The notes beneath the pieces are model-generated. The model ran no database searches and had not been told where the DNA came from. It worked only from the letters and a program-made list of their open reading frames with translations. Made by a program: the position numbers and the translations under genes. Positions 44,070-56,801 of a stretch of DNA of 64,000 bases are shown in pieces (the first letter of the stretch is position 1; each line of letters starts with the position of its first letter). Source of the DNA: Octopus vulgaris (lineage: Eukaryota); the NCBI GenBank assembly GCA_951406725.2, contig OX597817.1, forward strand, positions 41,478,001 to 41,542,000, given 5' to 3'.

Positions 44070-44310
44070 GTTACCTTCTCAAGTCATGTCGACTGATAAG
44101 GGCCAGTTTCACGGTTTCCTTGGAGTATATATTTCCCACCTGGATGGGATGGCAGTCCGTTACAGAATTACTCCGTTTTGTCAGCTGAATGGAGTGGAGC
44201 AACATGAAATGAAGTGTTTTGCGCAAGAACACAACATGTTGCCAAGTCCAGGAATTGAAACCACAATCTTATGATCACGAGTCCAACACTCTAATCACTA
44301 AGTCACACAC
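44070..44310 (-). mobile_element. SINE family D (tRNA-derived)
   Basis: Minus-strand head gtgtgacttagtgattagagtgttggac...ggtttcaattcc, followed by gttgtgttcttgcgcaaaacactt. Confidence 0.75.
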
Positions 44311-45128
44311 CTACACACACATACACACAAATATATATACATATATGACAGGCTTCTATCAGTCTCTGTTTATCATATCCACCCACAAGGCTTTGCTCAG
44401 TTTGGCTATAGTAGAAAACACTAAGGAGTCACACTAGGAATTGAAACTGCAACCATGTGGTTGGCAAGCTAACTTCTCAAGTATACAGCCACATGTTAAT
44501 GCTAACCACTGGTCTTTTTTCCTTCTTTACAACTTCTAATCATGGAAACTTTAAGTATGAAATTAATTTTTAAATTTTACTTCCTCTATTCATACAACAT
44601 TCTCTCTACAAATTACTGTAAAGTGAGGATAATAATATTAGACAAGCCCCTCAAAAAGCAATATAAACCCCAGCTGAAAACAGATTAAGATTTCTGATTT
44701 CTTTAAAACACTGGCTACAGAATATTCTCTACTACTTTATGGTTCTGTTCAACATGATTGTAACTTAACTAGGCCAAATACCTAGAGGCAAGGAAACGAC
44801 AAATTCTGCCATCGATCCAGGTATCAATTCAATAAGTGTTAAAACACATTGAAGCAATAATTATATAAAAATGGTATTGATTTTTTCCCCAGCCTGAATA
44901 AAAATGACAAAGTGTAGGTACTAAATGAGATGAATACAATCATCAAGTTTCCTGATGTAAAAGGAATTATCAGTTAATTAGATTAAACAAATATGTAATA
45001 GGAAATGGTTTAGTAGTGAAGAGAGTCAAGACTGAAACAACTATCTGCCTAATAGCTACCGTCAGCTACCTTAACATTTTTATGGGGTTATTTAAGAAAG
45101 AAGAAAAAATCAATTCTGTCAATATTAT

Positions 45129-45165
<37 letters not shown>

Positions 45166-45740
45166 GGAGAAGGAGAGAGAGGAAGAAAGGGGAGGGAGAG
45201 AGAGAAAGTGGAAGATAGGGGAATAGAGAAAGTGGAGAAAGAGAGAAAATAGGGGAATAGAGAGAGTGGAAGAGAGCAGATGATAGGGGAATAGAGAGAA
45301 AGTGGAGGAGAAAGAGAGAGGAAGATAGAGGAATAGAGAGAGAGTGGAAGAGAAAGAGAGAGAGGGAAAAAGAAAGAGAGAGGGGGAAAAGAAAGAGAGA
45401 GGAAGATAGGGGAATAGAGAAAGACAGGAGAAGAAAGAGAATGATAGAAGAAAGAGAGAGAGAGAAAGTTAGGAAAAGAAAAAGACAGATGAAGAAAAAG
45501 AGAAAGATAAAGAGAAGAGAGAGAGAAAGATAAGGGAAAAAAGAGAAAGATAAGGGAGAGAGAGAAAGATGAGAGAGAGATAGTGGAAGAGAGGAAAGTG
45601 TAGAAAAAGAGAGAAATAAGGAAAGAGAGAGAGAGAGATAGGGAAAGTATAAGAGAATAATGAAAGGAGAGAGAAAGAGAAAGAAAGAAGAGAGAGAGAA
45701 AATGATTGGGGAAGAAAGAAAGAGAGAGAAAAGAAAGAGG
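45129..45740. repeat. ~600 bp purine-rich (GA) low-complexity tract
   Basis: Directly visible; contains a repeated gaagataggggaatagaga unit. Confidence 0.95.
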
Positions 45741-45947
45741 TAGTGATTATATGACAGTTGTGATTTTTTGTCCATAGTTTGCTGTTCATACAAAGAGGGA
45801 AAACAGCAGATAGTTTCTCAAATAGGAGGCTGGTGAAGTAAAACAGTTTGCACTTGGGTGATTCCAGGTTCAACTCAGTCTATCTTTCAGGGGTAAACTC
45901 ACAAATCAAGGACTGAACTTGGAACCATGCCTATATAGGGAGAATTC

Positions 45948-46091
45948 ACAAAAGAGCAAAAGACGAAGACAGGTGGTGTAGACAACAAACAGATGTATTA
46001 GTAAAATACTCGAGTACTGAAAAAGTCATTACCATTTCGAGCCAATGCTCTTCCACAGAGAGGAACGCAGAAAGAAACAAGGAGAGAAAAT
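45948..46091 (-). mobile_element. Penelope-like fragment (same family as 5487-6080) with a degenerate hammerhead motif
   Basis: Shares aaaagacgaagacaggt...gtattag...tttcgagcc.a.gctcttc.acaga.agga with 5487-5600. Confidence 0.6.
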
Positions 46092-46107
46092 AAAGAATGT
46101 GTGGTGG

Positions 46108-46489
46108 AAGCACTCCGTCAGTTACGACGATGAGGGTTCCGGTTGATCCGAATCAACGGAACAGCTTGCTCGTGAAATTAACGTGTAAGTGGCTGAGCAC
46201 TCCACAGACACGTGTACCCTTAACGTAGTTCTCGTGGATATTCAGCGTGACACAGAGAGTGACAAGGCCGGCCCTTTGAAATACAGGTACAACAGAAACA
46301 AGAAGTAAGAGTGAGAGAAAGTTGTGGTGAAAGAGTACAGCAGGGATCACCACCATCCCCTGCCGGAGCCTCGTGGAGCTTTAGGTGTTTTCGCTCAATA
46401 AACACTCACAACGCCCGGTCTGGGAATCGAAACCGCGATCCTATGACCGCGAGTCCGCTGCCCTAACCACTGGGCCATTGTGCCTCCAC
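46108..46489 (-). mobile_element. Young SINE family C copy with a 16-bp target-site duplication
   Basis: Flanked by aaagaatgtgtggtgg (46092-46107) and aaagaatgtgtagtgg (46490-46505). Intact A box tggcccagtggtt and B box ggtttcgattccc; CpG-rich. Confidence 0.92.
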
Positions 46490-46734
46490 AAAGAATGTGT
46501 AGTGGCTAGTGATATGCATATATAGACCATAGAGATTCTCAGTATGGAAGACATTTAGTAGTGCTCAAAAGATTCTAACTTAGACTCTGAAGTGTTTACA
46601 GGGGGGTCGATTCTACAAGGTAAAGACACCTATAAGAGGGATTGAATTGAGCGGATATAAAGGCAATTATGTGGATAAACAAATTAAACACATCAACATA
46701 TTAAAAACATCAGATACAATATATGTATATATGT

Positions 46735-47070
46735 CATCATCATGATCATCGCTTAACATCTACTTTCCATGTTGGCATGGGTTGGATGGCTTGACTGACA
46801 AGCCAGGAGGCTGCACCAGGCTCCAATCTGTTCTGGCAAGTTGGATGCCCTTCATAACGCCCATCACTCTGAGAGTGTAGTGGGTGCTTTTTACGTGCCA
46901 CCAGCATGGGAGCCAGTAAGGTGGCACTGGCATCGACATTGAATGGTGCTTTTTACGTACTTCCTCCACTGACATCGGCCACGCTAGAATGGTGCTTTTT
47001 ATGTGCCACCAGCACATGTGCCAGTTAGGTGGCACTGGCATCGGCCATGACAATGATTTCACTTGACTCG
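46735..47070 (-). mobile_element. RTE LINE 3' UTR fragment
   Basis: Reverse complement of 27460-27950, including the gtgctttttacgtgccacc repeats. Confidence 0.88.
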
Positions 47071-47258
47071 ACAGGTACGCTCTCAGAGCATCCACCCCAG
47101 CTACTAACATAGTCACCTAGGTAATGGAAGCTATCAACTAGTTTTTTTCTCCCTGGCATGTGATGGAATCCGTTTTCTGTACATCTTTAGTGTATACTCA
47201 TACACAAATGTAAACAGGATGAAGTTGTGTATACATACATATGTGTGTGTATTTATAC

Positions 47259-47605
47259 ACATCATCATCATCGTTTAACGTCCGTTCTCCATGCTAGCAT
47301 GGGTTGGACGGTTCGACCGTGGATCTGGGAAGCCAGAAGGCTGCACCGGGCTCCAGTCTTATCTGGCAGTGTTTCCACAGCTGGATGCCCTTCCTAACGC
47401 CAGCCACTCCGTGAGTGTAGTGGGTGCTTTTTACGTGCCACCTGCACAGGTGCCAGGCGAGGCTGGCAACGGCCACGGTCGGATTGGTGCATTTTACGTG
47501 CCACCGGCACGGAAGCCTGTCGAGGCGGCACTGGCATCGGCCACGATTCGGATGGTGCTTTTTACGTGCCACCGGCATGGAAGCCAGTCAAGGCGGCGCT
47601 GGCAT
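47259..47605 (-). mobile_element. RTE LINE 3' UTR fragment (younger)
   Basis: (CAT)n-cgtttaacgtccg...ccatgctagcatgggttggacgg plus three gtgc.ttttacgtgccacc units. Confidence 0.9.
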
Positions 47606-47902
47606 GCATATACATGTATATGCTTGTATGTGTGTAGAGATGTGTATATGAGCATGTAAATGTGTGTATGGGCATATATATATATATATACACACGTCTG
47701 TCTGAATGTGTACATATGTAGATTTTATGAACGCAGAAGGTTTCTTTCTATTGTAAGAATGTGTTTGCGTGTATTTTTTATAATTTTTTTTTTATTTTTT
47801 AAATTTTATATTTTTTATATGTTTTTCATGCCTATTAGAGTAACTTCACTTTTATTCAACGTTTTTTTTTTTGTTTTTTTTTTTAATAACGTCTATCATC
47901 TA

Positions 47903-47962
47903 AATAGCTGATGAAATGCCTCGAAGCTCTTTGCTCCGGCATTTGAAACTCAGAGTTCTATT
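47903..47962 (+). ncRNA. Type I hammerhead ribozyme motif (minimal, Penelope-like type)
   Basis: aatag (stem I) CTGATGA aatgcc[17 nt]ggcatt t GAAA CTC A GAG TT | ctatt (stem I'). All core nucleotides are present. Predicted cleavage is after GUU at 47957. Confidence 0.78.
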
Positions 47963-47985
47963 ATGACATCTTACTGATTATCCTA

Positions 47986-48034
<49 letters not shown>

Positions 48035-48351
48035 TATATATAAACACAAAAGCTGAATGGTTTAAAACTTTGAGAAGATGTAATCGTAGCTAATATATAC
48101 ACATATACAGGGTCCTAGTCTATTTTGAATTGGCACATGAAAGGAATTATCTTTTACAAATTTCACAAATATATAAATAAAGAATAATATTACGATTTTC
48201 TAGATGAGCTACACAAATCATGAGGAATATACAAATTATGAAGACGATGCAGTACAGAACACAGCAGTATTTATTAATATCTGTGGATTATAAATTCCTT
48301 CTTTCTGTTATTACTATGACTACTACTACCACTACTACTACTACCATCACC

Positions 48352-48392
<41 letters not shown>

Positions 48393-48604
48393 CTTGCTGA
48401 CAAGTCCAGATGTGCTTCCGAAATTACTCTTTGAAATGCTGGATTTTACCTGAGTGGAATAATAATTTTTCAAATATATTCTCACACAGCGAACCTTTAG
48501 AGAATTTGGAAGTCCGCCCATATGAGGTTCAGACAAAAAAAATAAGGCTTGTCTTTACACACACACTATATGGTATATATATGTGTGAGAGTGTGTATTT
48601 TATG

Positions 48605-48652
<48 letters not shown>

Positions 48653-49249
48653 CACATGCATACACACACATGTTCTTGTCTATGTATAATGTACAAATGT
48701 ACAAACTAGCTCTGAGAAATAGTAATAATATGACGTTAAAGAAAAAGATATTTGTAAATGAAAACAACATTTGTAAACATAAAAATGAACAGGAATATTG
48801 CACAGCAACACAAACACATTTAGATGAAAAGAAAAAGAATGACTTTTTCTATTGACAATGGCATCAATATGAATAATTCTAGTAACTTGTTCTTTTTTTT
48901 GTGAGCAACACACACAAACACACAGCTTTGTTAAATAATGGTAGATATTGGAATATAGCACCAGTTTTCTCAGTAGCATACATTGCTTCCAAGAAGCAAG
49001 CTCAAGACATGCAAGATTTAGATGGATGGGAAACTTACATGGCAATATAACGTGAAAGATGGGAATAAAAAAAAAAAAAAAAGGTGTTTTTTCAACCCAA
49101 AATGATAATACAGGCATCAAAGAAAAAGAAGGCAACTGTCATATGCATTGCCAAAAATTGCAGAGACCCTCCTTGTGCAATCCAGAAACAATCGGGAGCA
49201 GCCCTTACTGCCAGCCTCTCAGATACACTGCAGAGCATATTGTTGACAG

Positions 49250-49400
49250 TCATCATCATCATCATCATCATCGTTTAACGTCCGCTTTCCATGCTAGCAT
49301 GGTTTGGATGATTTGACTGAGGACTGGCAAACCAGATGGCTGCACCAGGCTCCAATCTGATCTGGTAGAGTTTCTACAGCTGGATGCCCTTCCTAATGCA
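49250..49400 (-). mobile_element. RTE 3' tail
   Basis: (CAT)n cgtttaacgtccgctttccatgctagcatgg...ctggatgcccttcctaa. Confidence 0.88.
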
Positions 49401-49910
49401 AGGGACTAGGCGATTAAATTGACCCCAGTGTTTCATTGGTACTTAATTTATCGAACCTGAAAAGATGAAAGGCAAAGTTGACCTCGGCAGAATTTGAACT
49501 CAAATAATAATAATTATTATTATAATAATCCTATCTACTGTAGGCACAAGACCTGAACTAAAATTTGGGAGGGCGGGGCTAGTCAATTACATCGACCCCA
49601 GTACTCCACTGGTACTTAAGTTTTTGGCCCTGAAAGGATGAAAAGTCTACCTTGGCGGAATTTGAACTCAAATAATAATAATAATAACAGTAATCCTTTC
49701 TACTATAGGCACAAGACTTGAACTAAAATTTGGGAGGGTGGGGCTAGTCAATTACATCGACCCCAGTACTTCACTGGTACTTATTTCATCGACCCCGAAA
49801 GGATGAAGGCAAAGTCAACCATAGCAGAATTTGAACTCACAATATAAGGACAGACCAAATGCTGGTAAGCATTTTGCTCCACATGCTAATGATTCTGCCA
49901 ACTCACCACA
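49401..49910 (-). mobile_element. Three tandem SINE family B units separated by (TAA)n
   Basis: The gaccccagt...ggtactt...gatgaa...gaatttgaactca unit occurs three times. Confidence 0.85.
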
Positions 49911-49971
49911 ATAATAATAATAATAATAATCATAATAAACTACATGGATTTACCAAACAAATAATAATAAT

Positions 49972-50385
49972 GAAGAAGGCAAAAATCCTTGGGGAGTTTG
50001 ACTTTCAGACAAAGGTGTTAGAGCACTGAAGGCTGGATATAGTAACCTTTAGAAGGAGCAAACAAGATAAATATGGAGACCTGAGAATTGAGATTGCCAA
50101 GATGAGGCAGCAATGACGAGAGTCGAATATAAAGGTTGTCCTTGTTGTCATCAAAGCATTGGATTCAATACAACCCAACTTGAAGGAATGCCTGGAAACT
50201 TTAGAAATACTCTATAGACTAGGTGTATTGTCAAAATCGGCATTAGTTGGAACTGCATGCATATTGCATAAAGTTCTGTCTGTTTGAGGTCCGTGTTGTG
50301 ACTTGGCAGACAGTACAAATCCCCAGTAGACACAATATCTTTAATCAACAACATCACAATATTGGATACTGTGTGATGTCATAAC
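49972..50385 (+). mobile_element. R4/Dong-like non-LTR element 3' fragment (restriction-like endonuclease region)
   Basis: Translation KAKILGEFDFQTKVLEH*RLDIV...DKYGDLRIEIAKM...KVVLVVIKALDSI fits the ILWDF.IQTD..HRRPDIV...KY.DL..EI...VVPVVIGALG pattern. Flanked by (TAA)n. Confidence 0.8.
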
Positions 50386-50395
50386 ATAATAACAA

Positions 50396-50845
50396 CATTC
50401 TGTGGGACTTTCCTATTGAAATGGACAAGAAATTAGAAATTGATAGACTATATATAACAATTGTAAAAGCAAAGTTGCTTATTTATTGACCCATCATGCT
50501 CATTTGATTCCAGGATCGCAAAGAAAGAGGAAGAAAAACAAGATTAATACAATCCCTTAAAATTTGAAATAGGAAGAATTTGGAGCATGTGAACAGTAAA
50601 GGCTGTGCCTACAATAATTGGTGCATTGGGAACAGGAAGACATATAGCTGAAGGAGATTAAAAAAAGAATGCCCGGTAGAGCTCCTACAGAAAGTTTGTC
50701 TCTTAGGAACAGTAAAGATTATCAGGAGGGTCCTAAGCAATTGAAAGACTGCTGAAAACTTGTGGATACCTAAGGTTACAGGTAGTAACCTGCTATCCAC
50801 ATAATTCCCATCAAGAATAAGACTGAACCTGAGCCAAACCAAAAT
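50396..50845 (+). mobile_element. Second, divergent R4/Dong-like 3' fragment
   Basis: Translation ILWDFPIEMDKKLEIDRL...DSRIAKKEEEKQD*YNPLKFEIGRIW...VPTIIGALGT...LLQKVCLLGTVKIIRRVLSN*, followed by (TAA)n. Confidence 0.82.
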
Positions 50846-51094
50846 AATGATAATAATAATAAGCAAAATGTGTGAGGAGGAGATTATGACCACAAAGAGA
50901 CTGCATATACAGATGAATTGTTTGCATCCATCTATATATACAACTTGGCTAAAAATCTATAGATATATTCTGAAGTACTATATATAATATTGAAAGCAAA
51001 CATTGCTAACGTGTCAGTAATTTATTAATTGAGCCAGATGCCAAGAATGTGTTTATATCTATGTGTGTGTGTGAGAGAGAGAGGGAGAGAGTGA

Positions 51095-51990
51095 TTTGGA
51101 GGAGCTGCAGTCATGGATCAAAGGAAGACCAAAATTGGGTGCCTGCCATCTGGAATATCATCAAGCACTCACTGCCCTCTACCAGTCATGAAATGTAGTT
51201 CGTGGAAATTCCATTTTAGCAATATACAGAGATTTAGTGGTGGTGTAAGAGTGGTGACACCCTCGGGGAAACTCTGATCATCAATTATGATGAACTGTCT
51301 GAACTCCTCCAGAGAAGCTTTTGCACTGGGGTCTACTATGGATACCTTCCAAAGATCCTTAACCTGGCAGTACTACTGAAGGGTATTACCAATTCAAAAT
51401 AGTCAACAGGCATGGAAGTGCTGCAAGGAGGGCTATTACAGATGCACAGAGAATGATGAAACCTAGCTGCACACACCTGTATATTGTGCCTGCATTACTG
51501 ACTTGTGGAGTATTTTCGAGCAGATGCTGCCCTGTGTAAGACAGATGCAGCTATTGACTCAGTCCGTTGCGAAGATCATCTTACTGCTTTTCTTTAATAC
51601 GGTTGGGCAGGTAGTTGTTATCTGTCTGGTGGCTACAGAGAAATAGATCTGGTGGTGGATGAAGGTGAAAGGATTGAGGTCTGACACCTTCATCTTCAGT
51701 CAAGCCCTCATCAGCTTCTTAAGTTAGACCTGGAAAGGAAAATAAGGGTGGGAAGGGAGACACTCTCCTTGTCAAAAAGTCAGTGATTGTGACATAAACG
51801 GTTAGGGTGAATGGAACTACTTTAAGCATGTGTTTGCAGATTAGGGAACAACAAATGAGAAAGAGATTGTCCCTTAGGGGTGTCAGAGTGATTTTGGATC
51901 TATGGGGTCCTTGACTGGCCCTAGTTGGAAGCAACCATGAATCAAGGGACTGCATCACCCATCTCATTCCTCCTCAGCTTTTTTTTTTTT
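51095..51990 (+). mobile_element. Decayed L1/Tx1-like ORF2 3' region
   Basis: Patches RCTENDET*LH, ITDLWSIFEQML and CLVATEK*IWWW resemble the C-terminal zinc finger and the AK..IW motif of L1/Tx1 ORF2. Confidence 0.55.
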
Positions 51991-53055
51991 ACCTTGATTT
52001 CATGCAAATCCCCATTGTCTTTGTGATGTCTGCCTGATCTGACAGCCTTTTGGCTAATAAATCATCATCATCAATTTTGCATTTTATTACAAGGCTATGA
52101 ATCTATCAGTTCCTTTCGCATAATTGGTAGTATCTCAGCTAAAAACAACAAAACATTTTATAAAATGAATACCAGTTCAATATATGTTGAACAATATTGC
52201 TAGTTAATTTTATGGTATCAATGTTTCACAGCATAACTTATATAAACAGAACTCAAACATTTGTGTATTAGCTTTTTTGAATTCTGTTGTGATTGCATAG
52301 CCTAAAATTTAAAACATTTTATATAAATGTGTATGCGTGAGTTTATAAATGTGCTTCATAAAGATGGGACCCATTATGAAAACTTGTAATTGCATAAAAC
52401 TATTTCAGCTTATCTCACAGAAAAGTTATCTAAAAAAAAAAAACCAATAAAATTTATTATATTTAGAGATATACTTGAGTTGTATACAAATGCTTAATAC
52501 TAAAAACTGATTCAACTTAACTTCTCTTAAGTCCACACATTCTTGATTCAGATTTGTTTTAATAAAACTCCACTTATATGCAATAACATCTTCATATCAT
52601 GAGTTATCAAAAAAAGGAGAAAAAAATTAAATAAAAAAATGCTTAGTCAAAATCAGTTGTTTGGTTGATCAATTCATACACAGATGTTTAAAAAAAAAAT
52701 AACTCATATTTGTCTTTCTAAGAATAAAATTTTATGTTAAGTTCTCAAGTAACATCATTAGATAATGTCTATAAACATTAATAAAAGTTTTTGTTTATTT
52801 TTTTTTCATTTGGGGATATATTTTTTTTATTAAACATACTAGAGAAAAACAACAGGTCAATAATAGTTATTATCTTCATCCCCAGCCTCCTCCTCCTCAT
52901 TATTATTATTATTATTATTATTGCTGTTGTTAGAACCACTACTGTTCATACATAAAAAGAAGCATATGAAAGAAAGAAAAAATACATAAAAAAAAGACAA
53001 AAACATGGTAATAAGATAATCAGAAAAGGCTGGGTTTTGTTTTATACATACATAT

Positions 53056-53088
<33 letters not shown>

Positions 53089-53376
53089 GTATACACACAC
53101 ATAAGCAAATATGTGTGTGGGTGATGAAAATAGAGTGGTGATGAAATTATTCAGCATAGCAACAGTAGTGAAGAGTGAAGATGATAGCCAAAGAGAATGG
53201 CTGGATGGCAGCAATCATAAAACACAGTTGATTAAACACAATTTGCCAAGCTCTCATCATTCAGACACATTACAGAAGTTGTGATGTTCATTAATAATAT
53301 CTATCTTTTTATCTGTGTGTGTGTGTGTGTATGTGTATCTATGAATATATCTATATACATACATACATACATACAT

Positions 53377-53413
<37 letters not shown>

Positions 53414-53916
53414 TACACACAGAAGCAGGAAATATTTGAGCATTTTTCTTCTTCGCTGCAGACTTATAGTAGTGTTATAATATACTGGATATAGTCTTCA
53501 ATTTCCTTTATCCACATAAATAAAAGAGAGGAATTATCTTCCATCTTTTGTTTATTTCTGCTCTTATTATTCGTAACAATATTGAGTAGTTAGCGAGAGT
53601 AAAAATATCCAAGCCAGTAATAGATTTAACCCTTACAGTTTATCTAAGCGATTGCAAATTTGTCCAACAAGGTGGACGTAACTGTGCATTGGTGCAAGCT
53701 TTCATATTAAAGAAATAACATCATTGTATTAAGATTCCTACAATATAAAAAAAGTTGTTTCTGTAAGAAGCCAACAATAAATGTTGTTTGTACAGTTGAA
53801 GAAGTCAATTATATAACCTTCATTCCAAAACAAAAAACACTTTATAAACAACACCAAGGAAAAATATTTACTCTTGATCTAAATATCACAAAAGTATTTA
53901 TTTGATATATATATAT

Positions 53917-54860
53917 AGGCACAGGAGTGGCTGTGTGGTAAGTTGCTTGCTTACTAACCACATGGTTCCGGGTTCAGTCCCACTGTGTGGCACCTTGGAC
54001 AAGTGTCTTCTACTATAGCCTTGGGCTGACCAAAAAAATGACCTGTGCTAGCGCCACATGAAAGGCACCCATGCTGGCGCCACATGGAAAGCAGTTACCC
54101 TAGCACCATGTGAGAAGCACCTGTGCTGGCCTGGTGCCATGTAAAAGAGCACCCATGCTGGTGCCATGTTACAACACCTATGCCAGTGCCATATAAAGAG
54201 CATCCTTGCTGGCACAATGTAAAAAACACCCAGTATACTCTATAATGTGATGGGCATTAGGAAGGTTATCCAGTCATAGAAATCAAAGCTAAACTAACTG
54301 GAACCTGGTGCAACCTTCTGGCTTGCCTGCTCCTGTCAATCCATCCAACCCATGCCAACATGGACAATGAACATTAAATGATGATGATGATGACGATCAT
54401 CATTATCATCGTTTAACGTCCGTTTTCCGCGCTAGCACATATATATATGTAGGCGTAGGAGTAGCTGTGTGGTAAGTAGCTTGCTTACCAACCACATAGT
54501 ACCGGGTTCATTCCACTGTGTGGCAACTTGGACAAGTGTCTTCTACTATAGCTCGGGTCGGCCAAAGCCTTGTGAGTGGATTTGGTAGATGGAAACTGAA
54601 AGAAGCCTATCGTATATATGTATATGTGTATATATATGTGTGTGTGTGTGTGTGTGTTTGTGTTTATCCCCTCAACATCACTTGACAACCGATGCTGGTG
54701 TGTTTATGTCCCCGTAACTTAGTGTTGCGCCAAAAGAGACCGATAGAGTAAGTACTAGGCTTACAAAGAATAAGTCCAGGGATCGATTTGCTCGACTAAA
54801 GGCAGTGCTTCAGCATGGCCACAGTCACATGACTGGAACAAGTAAAAGAGAGAGAGTAAA
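53917..54860 (+). mobile_element. Nest of a SINE A head, an RTE 3' UTR, an inverted RTE tail and a full SINE A copy
   Basis: SINE A head 53917-54035; repeat-bearing RTE 3' UTR to about 54395; antisense tail 54396-54437; full SINE A 54450-54860. Confidence 0.85.
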
Positions 54861-56801
54861 AGAGTATATATATATATATATATATATCAGAAAACTGGAA
54901 GTAAAAGTCTGCCTTTCATCAATAACCCTTTAACCCTTTCGATACAAACCTGCCTGAGGCATTTCAGAAGGGAAGTGAAAAACTTTTTCTCATTCACCAA
55001 CTTCAAATGCAATTCTAAAAAAATAATCAACATAAATTTGTTTTAGATTCATACCCTTATGCAACTTAACAGCACTTAGGTTGATTGGTAGCTGTACATT
55101 ATAAATATTTCATCATCAATACTGTTTGTCAGGTAATATAAAAATATTTTTGTTTTAAACGGTCTGCCACGCTACTTGAAACCAAATTCCTAAATAATGT
55201 TATTAATGATAAAAATAAATAAAACAAAGCAAAAAAAAGAAAGAAAAAAAAAACCAATCTGTAGTTCAGAGATAAATATGAGATGCCAAATCAAATCATA
55301 CTGGTTACAGACAGACTTCAATAATTTCTAAACATCATCATCTATCTAATACTAATTCTTTTTATTACTTGTCTAGTGTTTTATATTGAAAAGATGAGTT
55401 GTTTAGAGGGGGGGGATGAAAAAAACCCAAAAAAGACAGAGATGTAAAATCTTTAATTGCTTGTTTCAGACAGCTCAAAAAAATTTGTAAGATTTTGGAG
55501 GGTTAATTCAGATTAATCTAACTAGAAAGCAAATAACACTCTCATATCTTACAAAAGGAAGAGTGTATTGGATAATGTATTCTTACATATGATAAAGATG
55601 GAATGGTCATGAGTGGAATGCCTTTGATCAGAGATCTGCTCGATCAAGGTTAACTAAAGGCGTTTTTTATAACAATATCTTGACTGAAGCTTTGTCAAGA
55701 GCAATAAAGCTTTACATTGCTGTTAGTTAAGTAGCAATACTACAGCAGAGCAAGCAGAAGGATTAGATGGCCTTGCAAACAAGAAGTGTATAAAACAGCA
55801 TTTATTTACAGATTCAGCTATCAGGTAAAAAAAAAAGGTTACAGTAGTAACATCTCATGAAATGTAGGAGGTGGGTCTGTGTGGAATAAATTAAACTTAT
55901 TTAATAAACAAACATATTTTGCAAGGTAAAATTATAAAATTAACTAGAGCACAAAACTCATTAATATAAATATCATAAATATAATTATAGGTGATGATTT
56001 GGCTTAAAAGCATCAAATATAATGTCTAGCAGTATCTGTTCCAAAATTGTGTATATTAGGTTCAAATCCTGCTGAGGGCCACTTTACCTTTCATCCATTC
56101 AAAATCAATATAAAAAAAATTGCTAAACTAGGGGGAGAGATTGGGAGAAACTAGGAACACCAGACCAGATGTTTTGTGGCATTTGTTCTGGTTCTTTGCA
56201 TTCTGAGTTCAAATTCCCTTGAACAAGTTGTCAGTTTGAGGTAGGGTTACTCATTTACAGTTCAGTGAATGTGGAATGAAGTGTTTTGCTCAAGAACACA
56301 ACATACCACCTACTCCAGGAAATGAAACCACAGTCTAGAGATCATGCGTGCAAGACCCTAACCACAAGACCACACTCCTTCACTGTATGATGACGCCAAT
56401 TAATACGGTTTGTTCAACTGGGAAAGGAATTCAGTACAATGTAATCATGTGAGGCATATGGCTGGTCTGTCTTCAAAATATTTAAAATAAGGATAGCAAG
56501 AGTTAGGACCTCTAACATATTTAACAAGGAAATAATAGCTCAGAGCTATCAATATCTAACCTTCTCTACTCTTTGCCCCAATTAATTCTCCCCCACCTCC
56601 TGCAAAATGATCTGTTTTGGCTTCTTGGTCTAATCATACAGGTCATATTGTTATGTCACACCAATTATATTAACAGGACTGACATCAGTTGTTAGTACTG
56701 TGCACAGTCTGGTTAGTGACAGTGTGCAAGTATATCAGGACTCCAGTAGTAGCAGTAATCTTTTCATATCATACTCAGTCTCTCAAATTTTAACAAAAGT
56801 A

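Noticed and set aside
45128-45873. Hydrophobic Leu/Ser/Phe-rich ORFs resembling membrane proteins
   Set aside because: They are the antisense translation of the GA-rich tract; the same applies to 13952-14561.
46400-46489. tRNA gene
   Set aside because: The A and B boxes belong to a SINE head continuous with a SINE body and target duplication; I see no convincing complete cloverleaf.
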